Assembly: GCA_963830365.1 (NCBI GenBank) | Contig: CAWHMU010000045.1 | Location: forward strand, 96,001 to 160,000 | DNA: 64,000 nucleotides | Direction of reading: 5' to 3' | From: an uncultured Chlamydiae bacterium | GTDB taxonomy: Bacteria; Chlamydiota; Chlamydiia; Chlamydiales; Parachlamydiaceae | Part shown: positions 19,163 to 28,605 of the stretch, in pieces | Layout of the letters: each line of letters starts with the position of its first letter | Position numbering within the stretch: the stretch's first letter is position 1 | The notes under the pieces: model-generated | The model's input: the letters and a program-made list of their open reading frames with translations, nothing else | Database searches by the model: none | What the model was told of the DNA's origin: nothing | Position numbers and translations under genes: made by a program

Positions 19163-22036
19163 ATGTCGTCCCATCTTACTGCTGATATTAGTTGCACAAC
19201 ATTTCGCCCTTGGGGCGCGCCCGGCCCTGTTACGCCCATTTCAAATCCAGGCAGAGCATCCGCGGCCGACTGCCAAGAACGGAAATCGCCTGATTCAGAT
19301 GCCGAAAACAGAGATACCACACTCTCAAGCCTAGGCCAAAAAGCCATTAGCACAAGCGCTGGTGAAACACACGCGCTGGTAACTGGCAGCCTGGCCACCA
19401 GGCGACTCTTAGCCCCCATCTCCGCCAATGCCCAGCCCTCCACACGTCTGTCTGAAGCAGATTGCCAAAAGATGGACATTGCCGAACTTGCCAGCTATCT
19501 ATGCGACCACCTTACAATTGGAGGGGATCATCAGCGCAAAAGCAATAAAGAAATAATAGTTCAAGAGCTGCTTGCCCCTCTTAAAAGTGCTCCCGACGAA
19601 ATGAGAGACGCGGCAGAGCAAATTTGCAAACAAGGCCTGTTCAAAATCCTGAAATGGATGGAACAACGGCAGGCGGCTGACAAGGCTAGCGGAGTTAATG
19701 TAGTATCAAGGATTTCACCCGCCTACATTGCTGAAATGGATTTCTATTATTTTGCAACACAGGTCCATTACAATCTACGCGCTGAATACACAGCAAATAT
19801 TAATGCAAAGCTACTGCAGGTTTTGACTGGAAAAGACGACAATCCGGACGCTACGTCAGGTGCTTTTGATGAGTATCTAGTAAAGTTAAGACCTTTGTCT
19901 TATGCCTTCGAGGTGTTTCAATATATACAAAAGCTCTCAGAAATGCCTCATGATGATCCATACCGATCAATAATGAAAATCAGGTCCTACAAAGAGACCG
20001 TAGACCACACTTTTTTTTCAGCACAGGCAGGTTTGATCGAAAAACAAAATAAGGACAACATCGCGCTGAGTGAGTTTTTGAATATTTCTCCTGAGTTAAC
20101 AGGCCATCTGGAAAGTCTATATAGCCAATTCATCTCTCATGAATTAAGCGACGCGCCTGATTTGCAAAAGGCCGCATTAAGCTTCTGCAAGCTTGTCTAC
20201 GATAAAATTCGCACAAATGTGGCAAGAAGATTGTACGCATACACACAGAAGATAATGGCTGCGGGAGCCAAGATTGGCGGGATAGAAAATTTAGAGAAAT
20301 TCTATTTCTATGCCTATGCCACCATGAGCTGGCAAGACATCATCTCAAAAAAAATGGAAGACTGCATCACTGAAATAAAGCAAGCCATTGTAGACGGGAT
20401 AGAATATAAGCGCATAATTGCCATGCGATATAGATTTAACAAAAACAATGTTTTATTAGCTTTGAAAGGAGTTTTCGATAATTTTAATACGACTAACAAC
20501 ATCTACCAAACAGAAAATCATTTCCAGCATGACCCGGAAGCTAAAGCTGTGTTCAATGAATGCAACCTGTTAGACAAACGGTTAATAGAAATAGAGCATG
20601 ATTTTACGAAACAAAAACTGGATATCCTGTCCTTGAAGCTGGAACAGCTAAGCAGTAACCGCCAAAGGGCTTGGGCGTGTGCTGCGGATATACTTGCGCG
20701 GGTTGATACACTGAATCTGCACGACGACCACCCACTCTTTCTGAAAGCTCTTGAAGTGATGACCGTGGCCACCATGGATGACACTCACCCAAACAACCCA
20801 TATAAGTTGCACAAGAACCTGCTGGCCTCCCTGGCGGACGAACGGAAAAATGGGCTGCTTTCCACTGTCACCACCCCTTTTGCCAAAATCACTGGCAAAC
20901 GTGAAGACGGCAGCATCGTTTTCGACTTGCATAAGTTCCGCACAGCTATGCAACAAGCAGCATATACGGTGGCTGACCTGTCAGCCGAATTTGATGCCAA
21001 CAGCTTTGAAAAACAATTTTATGCCTTAGAGCAGCGCCTGAAAAAACTGCATGATGAAGGCAAAGGGACTCTGCTAGCACACCTTGAAGCTGCCATACAA
21101 CATATTTCCCTATCCAACCTTACCGACCTCAAGTCCTCCGTCGCCAATTCACTCATCCCCTCTTTGCTTGCAGCAAGACAGACTCCTGCCGGCAAGCCGA
21201 TCGATCCCACCGCCTTCCGCTTGGATGTTTGGCTGCAGGCGCTGCATAGCCTTTCCGATGTTCCCGAAAATGAGGGAGCCTTATCAAAACGCGAAAGAAA
21301 ATTTCTGACTTTATGCAGCTCCATGAGAGTTTGCCCTGTAGGACAACGCGATGCCATTCATCTTGCCTACAGCAATCTTGATGAGAACCTACGCCATCGC
21401 AAACAAACACCTGTTGCAGCGCTATCAATGGCAGAAGAAGCAAAGCTGGATGGCGAGAGCCCCGCTGCGCCAGCTAGAAGATTGACAGGGGCAGAAAAAA
21501 TACTGCGATGCCTTAACACGGCTGTGCCATCGCTCGCAAGTCTAGTCGATGAGCTGTTGATGCATGAAGAGGTGTTACAAGAGCTAGCTGGCGGCAGCTT
21601 TTCCCAAACGTCGCACCAGACGCAGTTCATTCGCAACCGATATCAGCAACAACTGGCCCTTAAAGATAAACCGAAGTTCGATCTGCATACAGAAGCATTG
21701 CCGGTTGGACTGATCACAACCCCTCCTAAAGAAGCTTTAGCAGTGATACTCACGCATATTGCTAAAGCCATGGTGGAACGCCTCAAACCAGCCCTTGCTG
21801 AAGCCATGAATTCTCAGATAAAATCTGAGGCAATTACTCAACAGCATCTGGTCGAATATTTTGAAGATCTTTTTCCCCAAGACCAGATCGAGAATGACGA
21901 GTGGGTCAAAAAATATATGGCATATGATGCTAATGACTCATTCCAAGGTTTGACCGATCTGGGATGGCTAGCCCTGACGGGATTTGTCCAGGTGACATCA
22001 TCTAAAGCAACTAGGGCGGAAGAATCTAAAAACTAG
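19163..22036 (+). CDS. large orphan protein (957 aa), candidate secreted effector
   Basis: long ORF; S/P/A/T-rich N-terminal about 100 aa followed by a helical body. Confidence 0.75.
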   Translation: MSSHLTADISCTTFRPWGAPGPVTPISNPGRASAADCQERKSPDSDAENRDTTLSSLGQKAISTSAGETHALVTGSLATRRLLAPISANAQPSTRLSEADCQKMDIAELASYLCDHLTIGGDHQRKSNKEIIVQELLAPLKSAPDEMRDAAEQICKQGLFKILKWMEQRQAADKASGVNVVSRISPAYIAEMDFYYFATQVHYNLRAEYTANINAKLLQVLTGKDDNPDATSGAFDEYLVKLRPLSYAFEVFQYIQKLSEMPHDDPYRSIMKIRSYKETVDHTFFSAQAGLIEKQNKDNIALSEFLNISPELTGHLESLYSQFISHELSDAPDLQKAALSFCKLVYDKIRTNVARRLYAYTQKIMAAGAKIGGIENLEKFYFYAYATMSWQDIISKKMEDCITEIKQAIVDGIEYKRIIAMRYRFNKNNVLLALKGVFDNFNTTNNIYQTENHFQHDPEAKAVFNECNLLDKRLIEIEHDFTKQKLDILSLKLEQLSSNRQRAWACAADILARVDTLNLHDDHPLFLKALEVMTVATMDDTHPNNPYKLHKNLLASLADERKNGLLSTVTTPFAKITGKREDGSIVFDLHKFRTAMQQAAYTVADLSAEFDANSFEKQFYALEQRLKKLHDEGKGTLLAHLEAAIQHISLSNLTDLKSSVANSLIPSLLAARQTPAGKPIDPTAFRLDVWLQALHSLSDVPENEGALSKRERKFLTLCSSMRVCPVGQRDAIHLAYSNLDENLRHRKQTPVAALSMAEEAKLDGESPAAPARRLTGAEKILRCLNTAVPSLASLVDELLMHEEVLQELAGGSFSQTSHQTQFIRNRYQQQLALKDKPKFDLHTEALPVGLITTPPKEALAVILTHIAKAMVERLKPALAEAMNSQIKSEAITQQHLVEYFEDLFPQDQIENDEWVKKYMAYDANDSFQGLTDLGWLALTGFVQVTSSKATRAEESKN

Positions 22037-22126
22037 CTACTTATGTACGGCGGCTCTGCTACATATAAATTTAAAAATAAGAATTGGTTTTGAAAACAAA
22101 ACCGGTTTCATGCACGTTGAAATTTT

Positions 22127-23545
22127 AAAGGATAGGAAAAACAAGCGGTGTTGGGGCCTTTCCCCTAGGGGGAAGGCCTCAACACCGCTTGCCTCAATCA
22201 CCCGTTTTTGAGAAAGCTTTTCTCGTTTCTTGAAAAGTCAGCTCGATTCAGATGTTTTTGGGGACTTTGCAACAAAAATAGGTGGAATTTTGATATTTGA
22301 GACATGCGAGGATTTGCCCACTGCATAACAGTGATTTTTAGCAGAAAGGATTATTCATCCCAATGTGGTTGGTCGATATTCTCGTCCGAGTGCGGCGGAT
22401 CGTTATTGTCCTCCCAATGGGGCGGATCATGACAGTCCTCCCAAGGTGGATCTGGTCCGGTATTACATCGAGCCTGTCCCGCATCCTCAGGGAAGCAGTC
22501 TTTTGTTCCCGGCACCAGCTGACAGATATCCCAATGGTCAAGGTCGTACGGAGGATCAAATTCAGGAGGGTCAAGTAACCAGGTGGTGCCATTCAGAATG
22601 CGACGTATTTCAGCTGAATGTGTGACAAAGGCAATGATGGTAATTTTTTTGCCGCAGGTTGTGCAGGTGAGCGGATCTGTTTCGTAAATGCGCGCGATAA
22701 GCATTGCCCAATTGATCGATACTTTCTTGACCTTGTCCACCGCCTCATGGACACCTTGAGGTTTAAAAACTTCAGGTCTTTCTTGTGCATTGGCGGCTAT
22801 TTTCTTTCTTAGAGGAGAATTGGGAGCAAAAACGCCATGGTAGTGGCGTCTATGGCGATGAGGGTATGGAATGAAAGCGGCAATTTTGTCGAGAAATTCT
22901 AATGGCATCATTTGCACAAAAGTCTGTCCTGTATGGGTCGGTTTTGTAAGGCGATATATTAACCAGGGACCATTCCACCTGAGATTTTCACTCGCGAATG
23001 GCGGCCGCGCGCAATACCGTATCAGGCGCTCTAAGCCATCTCGATCCCATGATTCAATCCGCACGGTGGCATCCAAAGAAAAGCCACTCGTTTCAAACTT
23101 TAGCATTTTTGCTATTGTCTCTTCATCGAACCAACCGCGCCGGCCAAAATATTTTAAAACGCGTTTTTGGATGCAATCTTGGGTATCTCTAACGTCATCC
23201 TGGGTAAGGCAAGCTTCATGGAACTGCAGGGCAGCGTCATTGCCGATGAAGATTCCGTCAGCTACTACAAGATGAAAATGAGGGTGAACATTGAGAGTTT
23301 TGCCAAAGTGTTGGATGAAGCTGATGGCTCCAATTTGAGGATTAGGTGCATCAGGACTGCAAGCAATAAGTCTTTTCCGGATCTCATCGACCACTATCCG
23401 GAGAACATCTTGAAGGATCTTTTGGGTTTGCAAATAATGGCGTATCCTCATGGGGAAACTGATTACAAATTGTCGGACCGGTACACAAGGAATGACATTT
23501 CCTATGAGATGCACGGCAGTTTCAACCATTGAACGGGTGTTACAA
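22127..23545 (-). mobile_element. IS91/ISCR-family element, 5'-truncated copy (ORF 22351-23529)
   Basis: HPHFH HUH motif, Y..RPP, R..YHGVFAP; oriIS-like TTCCTAT end; lacks the N-terminal zinc-binding region. Confidence 0.88.
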
Positions 23546-25370
23546 AAAAGGATAGGAAAAACAAGCGGTGTTGGGGCCTTTCCCCTAGGGGGAAGGCCTC
23601 AACACCGCTTGCCTCAATCACCCGTTTTTGAGAAAGCTTTTCTCGTTTCTTGAAAAGTCAGCTCGATTCAGATGTTTTTGGGGACTTTGCAACAAAAATA
23701 GGTGGAATTTTGATATTTGAGACATGCGAGGATTTGCCCACTGCATAACAGTGATTTTTAGCAGAAAGGATTATTCATCCCAATGTGGTTGGTCGATATT
23801 CTCGTCCGAGTGCGGCGGATCGTTATTGTCCTCCCAATGGGGCGGATCATGACAGTCCACCCAAGGTGGATCTGGTCCGGTATTACATCGAGCCTGTCCC
23901 GCATCCTCAGGGAAGCCGTCTTTTGTTCCCGGCACCAGTTGACAAATATCCCAATGTTCAAGGTCGTACGGGGGATCGAATTCAGGAGGGTCAAGTAACC
24001 AGGTGGTGCCATTCAGAATGCGACGTATTTCAGCTGAATGTGTGACAAAGGCGATGATGGTGATTTTTTTACCGCAGTTTGTGCATTTGAGAGGATCGGT
24101 CTCGTAGATACGCGCGATCAGCATAGCCCAATTGGTCGATACTTTCTGGACGTTGTCCACCGCCTCATGGATTCCTTGAGGTTTAATGGCTTCAGGTCTT
24201 CTTTGTGCATTGGCGGCTATTTTCTTTCTTAAAGGAGAATTGGGGGCAAAAACGCCATGGTAGTGGCGTCGATGGCGACGAGGGTATGGAATAAAAGCGG
24301 CAATTTTGTCTAGAAATTCCAATGGCATCATTTGCACAAAAGTCTGTCCAATGTGGGTCGGTTTCGGAAGACGATAGATCAACCAGGGGCCATTCCACCT
24401 GAGATTTTCACTCGCGAATGGAGGCCGCGCGCAATACCGTATCAGGCGCTCTAAGCCATCTCGATCCCATGATTCAATCCGCACGGTGGCATCCAAAGAA
24501 AAGCCACTCGTTTCAAACTTTAGCATTTTCTCTATTGTCTCTGCATCGAACCAACTACGTCTGCCAAAATACTTTAAAACGCGTTTTTGAATGCAATCTT
24601 GTGTATCTCTAACGTCATCCTGGGTAAGGCAAGCTTCATGGAACTGCAGGGCAGCATCATTGCCAGTAAAGATCCCATCTGCCACTACAAGATGAAAATG
24701 GGGATGGATATTGAGAGTTTTGCCAAAATGCTGGATGAAGCTGACGGCTCCAATGTGAGGATTAGGTGCATCAGGACTGCAAGCGACAAGTCTTTTCCGG
24801 ATCTCATCGACCACTATCCGGAGAACATCTTGAAGGATCTTTTGGGTTAGCAAATAATGGCGTATCCTCATGGGGAAACTGATTACAAATTGTCGGACCG
24901 GTACACAAGGAATGACATTTCCTATGAGATGCGCTGCAGTTTCAACCATTGAACGGGTATTACAAGAGTGGCAAAGGCCTCTCCCTTTGCATGAAAATGC
25001 GATAAGAAAATCCTTATGACAGCCGTCGCAATGGCCATAAGCAAACCCTTTTGCCAAGATGCCACATCCCAGATACTTTTTGAAGGTCTTGTCTACGTAG
25101 TTTGGAACAGGATTTTTAGCGTGCTTGTGCCACGTGGCATAGTGCTTTTTGATGACCTGAAAAAGGACCGTCTTTTCGGGCCTGCGAGGCCTATATACCT
25201 TGGGTAGCTTAGGACAGGTGGGTGTTGAATGTGCCATATGAGAACATATGGATTATTCCTGATTATTCAACAATATAGTATATAGCTTTGTTTTGGTAGG
25301 TAGGGTATAAGCAGGAAGTGGCCTATGTCGGTATCATGGGAGTGACCCAAGGGACCTATGCCGAATCGCG
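23546..25370 (-). mobile_element. IS91/ISCR-family element, full-length (right boundary uncertain)
   Basis: same oriIS-like end as 22127; contains the intact transposase ORF. Confidence 0.8.
23771..25237 (-). CDS. IS91-family rolling-circle (HUH, Y2_Tnp-type) transposase
   Basis: CG....GF....C..C......FSCKGRGLC.SC zinc-binding region, RQFVISFP, HPHFHLVV.DG, YCARPP, YHGVFAPN. Confidence 0.93.
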   Translation of the reverse strand: MAHSTPTCPKLPKVYRPRRPEKTVLFQVIKKHYATWHKHAKNPVPNYVDKTFKKYLGCGILAKGFAYGHCDGCHKDFLIAFSCKGRGLCHSCNTRSMVETAAHLIGNVIPCVPVRQFVISFPMRIRHYLLTQKILQDVLRIVVDEIRKRLVACSPDAPNPHIGAVSFIQHFGKTLNIHPHFHLVVADGIFTGNDAALQFHEACLTQDDVRDTQDCIQKRVLKYFGRRSWFDAETIEKMLKFETSGFSLDATVRIESWDRDGLERLIRYCARPPFASENLRWNGPWLIYRLPKPTHIGQTFVQMMPLEFLDKIAAFIPYPRRHRRHYHGVFAPNSPLRKKIAANAQRRPEAIKPQGIHEAVDNVQKVSTNWAMLIARIYETDPLKCTNCGKKITIIAFVTHSAEIRRILNGTTWLLDPPEFDPPYDLEHWDICQLVPGTKDGFPEDAGQARCNTGPDPPWVDCHDPPHWEDNNDPPHSDENIDQPHWDE

Positions 25371-26738
25371 CTATATGTAAGCTTCGATATAGCCGCCATG
25401 GGGGGGCGCCCTGCCCCGCCATTTGCGGCGCAACTCGTCCGTGGGATAATAGAAGTGCTGGTCGACTTCCAAAGGGCTGCCAGTGTACGGCAGGCCGGTG
25501 ACAGCCTCAAGCACCCTGCGATCGCTGGCCTGTAAAGCTTCGCTTACCGTCGCCGGGCTGTCATTGCCGCTGAAGTTTTTTAAAGGCGCAAAGCATGTTT
25601 CGCGCGGGAAGAGCAACGCCCCGACCTTATGAGCCCTTGGCAGCAGGTCGAAAATGAACGTTTCAAACTTCCAGGCTATGGGTGTGTCGGCCTGGATGGT
25701 GCGGCCTTGCGGGCCCAGATATTTGACGGCTTTGAAAGTCTTATGTAGCGGCATGGGGGTGGGCATATCGCTGACCGCATGTTTGATGAAATCCATGGCA
25801 AAGCAAAACAGGCTCAGGTTGGCGCAGGTGTATCGCAATGTGCCATCGGGATAAGCTGCTGTGCGTTCATTTTCTGGCAATTCCGAATATTCCACCACAA
25901 TGGGATGCTTGTCTTGGAGAGCTAAAAGGCCGACTTTTTCATGTGCATCGCAGCGCTTAGTGCATTTAACGGTGATATCATTTCGAGAGCGCTCCTGGCA
26001 GCCCAGCAGTTCGGCGTCAAAAGGATCGGCCAGGGGGTTATCGACCAGCACAAAATTGAGATGGCGGATGCCTTGCCCATGCCATTTCTGATAGAGGCCA
26101 CTGTGATAGAAATGGTGCAGCGCACCGCCGTTGCCATCCGGTCCTTCAGCCAGCATGTATGCATCTTCCAGGAAAAGGCGTCCGGTTTGATCAAGCAGAG
26201 GCAGTGTCTCCTGCATGAAGAAATCAAGCTGTCCGGCTTTCAACCCAAACCGCTGGTGTCGCTTGAAGAAGTCAAGGGTGGCAGCGTGATTTTGCGGCGA
26301 TGTCATGATGGCTACGGACAAGGGTCTGCCAGCTTGTTTGCTGGCAGCTACGACTTTTTCGGCAAAAAGCTGGAAGAGGCTTTTGTGCTTAATTGGCGTG
26401 ACTGCGCACATGCCCTTGGGTCCATCGAAACGCAGGCGGGAGCCTTGTCCGCCGGCCACAAGCAAACAGCCCATCATGCCCTGGGCGATCATCTGCTGCC
26501 CCAGCAGGTGGTCGCTATGGTTGCCGGCCGGTGTAAAATCACTGAAAGGTTCGATGCCGAGCAATAGTGGTGCGGCCATTTTCAGCAGCTGTTGCTGCCT
26601 TAGCAAAGTGTCAATATTGAGGCGTTGAATCTGCTTTAGCAGGTGGTCTTTTTGGACCTGATTCAGCGTGTCCCAGTAGTCCAACACATGGGACTGTCCA
26701 ACAGCTGCAAGGATGTGAAAGGCTTGCTGATAATCCAC
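25371..26738 (-). CDS. eukaryote-type UTP--sugar-1-phosphate uridylyltransferase (UAP1-like)
   Basis: LVAGGQGSRL...PKG, PDGNGG, VDNPL, VVEYSE, KFETFIFD, FAPLKN. Confidence 0.9.
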   Translation of the reverse strand: MDYQQAFHILAAVGQSHVLDYWDTLNQVQKDHLLKQIQRLNIDTLLRQQQLLKMAAPLLLGIEPFSDFTPAGNHSDHLLGQQMIAQGMMGCLLVAGGQGSRLRFDGPKGMCAVTPIKHKSLFQLFAEKVVAASKQAGRPLSVAIMTSPQNHAATLDFFKRHQRFGLKAGQLDFFMQETLPLLDQTGRLFLEDAYMLAEGPDGNGGALHHFYHSGLYQKWHGQGIRHLNFVLVDNPLADPFDAELLGCQERSRNDITVKCTKRCDAHEKVGLLALQDKHPIVVEYSELPENERTAAYPDGTLRYTCANLSLFCFAMDFIKHAVSDMPTPMPLHKTFKAVKYLGPQGRTIQADTPIAWKFETFIFDLLPRAHKVGALLFPRETCFAPLKNFSGNDSPATVSEALQASDRRVLEAVTGLPYTGSPLEVDQHFYYPTDELRRKWRGRAPPHGGYIEAYI

Positions 26739-26739
26739 G

Positions 26740-27798
26740 CTAGGCCTTCTTAATGGATCTTAGGATGGCTGCATAGACCTCATCGACTTCGATACGCTTC
26801 ATGCAACGGAAGTCGATAGGGCAGATGCGCTTATAACAGGGGGAGCATTCGACGCGTTTATGGATGACGATGCCGCCGCCATAGGGGCCTGTCCTGACGT
26901 CGCTGGTCGATCCGAACAGGGCCACCAGCGGCACCCCTAAAGCTGAAGCGATATGCATAGGGCCGCTGTCATTTGTCAGCAGCACAGCGCAGGCTTGCAT
27001 CAGCGCGAGCAGCTCGCGGATGGATGTCTTGCCGGCGAGGTTGATCACGCGTGCGCCGAGGCCCTGGCAGATATCATCGACCAAGGGTCTGCCGGCGGGA
27101 TCGCCGAAATAGACGACGGTGATGCGAGGGTCTTCCAGCAGGCGCTCTGTGACGGCGCGGAAGCGTTCGGGCAGCCAGCATTTGGCAGAGCCATAAGCTG
27201 CGCCCGGATTGATGCCGACAAGGATCTGTTCCTTAAGGGCCACTCCATATGAGCCGATGAGCGTGTGGGCCGCTTGTATTTCTTCGGGCGAGACATACAG
27301 GCGTGGAGGCGTATTGGAGAGGGGAATGCCAAGCGGCGCCAACAGGGCTTTATAGGTCAAAACGAGGTGCTGCGTCTCTTTGCCGGCGGGGAATGGCACG
27401 GCTTTGCTGAGCAGCCAGCTGCGCAGGTTGCCGGCGAAGCCGATGCGATTGGCAACCCGGCCGCGCCAAAACCACCATGCCGAGGAAAAGGAGTTGGTAA
27501 GCAGGATGCCGAGGTTGTACTCGCCCAGGCGCAATTCTTCAAAAATCCGGTGATGTTGGTGGCGATGGATCCAGCCGCTCGGTTTTTTGTAGCTATAGAC
27601 CTCATTGATATGGGGATCATGCTGCAAGAGGGGAGCCACATTGGATTGGCACATGGCGGTGATATTGGCTTTTGGCCACTTTTGGCGGATATCCTGCAGT
27701 ATGGGTGTGGCCATGACCAGGTCGCCCAGCCAGTTAGGCATGCGTACGATGATATTTTCAGGTACAATAAGTGGCCAGGCTTTTGGCATGATGGGCAT
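26740..27798 (-). CDS. waaF: lipopolysaccharide heptosyltransferase II (GT9)
   Basis: RMPNWLGDLVMATP, NPGAAYGSAKCW, TNDSGPMHIA.A...P.VALFGST; start approximate. Confidence 0.88.
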   Translation of the reverse strand: MPIMPKAWPLIVPENIIVRMPNWLGDLVMATPILQDIRQKWPKANITAMCQSNVAPLLQHDPHINEVYSYKKPSGWIHRHQHHRIFEELRLGEYNLGILLTNSFSSAWWFWRGRVANRIGFAGNLRSWLLSKAVPFPAGKETQHLVLTYKALLAPLGIPLSNTPPRLYVSPEEIQAAHTLIGSYGVALKEQILVGINPGAAYGSAKCWLPERFRAVTERLLEDPRITVVYFGDPAGRPLVDDICQGLGARVINLAGKTSIRELLALMQACAVLLTNDSGPMHIASALGVPLVALFGSTSDVRTGPYGGGIVIHKRVECSPCYKRICPIDFRCMKRIEVDEVYAAILRSIKKA

Positions 27799-28011
27799 GT
27801 GGGCTCTCCGCAACAACGCATGACGCGTTGATAATGCAAAATCAGTTATCTTAAGGAATTGATTTTATCTCATTTTCCAATTCCAAGCAAATTCTACCCT
27901 TATCCTATCTGATTCCATATGCATCAACCGCAAAAAAGAACACAACAAAAAGAAATGGATCATATGGAACTAAGAGACCTAAAGGATAGCCTCTTTCGCC
28001 CCTTAGGTCCT

Positions 28012-28433
28012 CAGGGTCTTTTGATTAAAAAGATTTGGCTATTCAGTGATATAAACTCGCAGTGCCAGAGCGCGCGCCCGCTTTGGCATGATGTATTTTT
28101 TGCTGAGCCCCGTCAAGGGGTGGCCATATTTGTAGCCCATGGTGTTGTACCAAGGGCACAAACCATGGTTGTCAGAAGAAAGAAAACAGCCCCGAGGGGG
28201 CGTTATAATTGTTTTTTTTGATTTTCATTCTTGCTGATAGAAGCGAAGGAATGATAACGCCCCTCTGGGGCTGGATTTCTTTGGGATTGTGACCCACGGT
28301 TTGCGTCGTTGACGCTACACCGTGGGCTACAAATATGGCCGCCCTTTGACAGGGCTTAGCAGCAAATGCATGATGATCGAAGTTAAACCAATACCCGTGC
28401 TACCCATCAAATCTTTTTAATCAAAACGCTATG
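28012..28433. mobile_element. MITE family C containing an inverted pair of REP-like units
   Basis: TIR cores ttttgattaaaaagatttg / caaatctttttaatcaaaa; degenerate 10-bp flanks cttaggtcct / cttagacccc. Confidence 0.7.
28105..28358. repeat. long imperfect palindrome of REP-like units
   Basis: agccccgtcaaggggtggccatatttgtagcccatggtgt...agccccgagggggcgttat pairs with ataacgcccctctggggct...acaccgtgggctacaaatatggccgccctttgacagggct. Confidence 0.85.
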
Positions 28434-28605
28434 CTTAGACCCCCTATTCTTTTGTTGAAATAAGTTAAACTAATTGCCAGAATTTTACCATGCCGTGCTG
28501 CATAGCTTTGGCTGCAAAACCGGATACACCGTTTTTTCTCTCTAGCTCTTGATCTTGTTATGGATAAAAGGGTAAGGTAGTGCTGATTTCATATGCATAA
28601 AGAGA

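Noticed and set aside
25371..26738. Eukaryote-like UAP as a recent host-gene transfer
   Set aside because: This enzyme type next to gpsA is a known chlamydial feature
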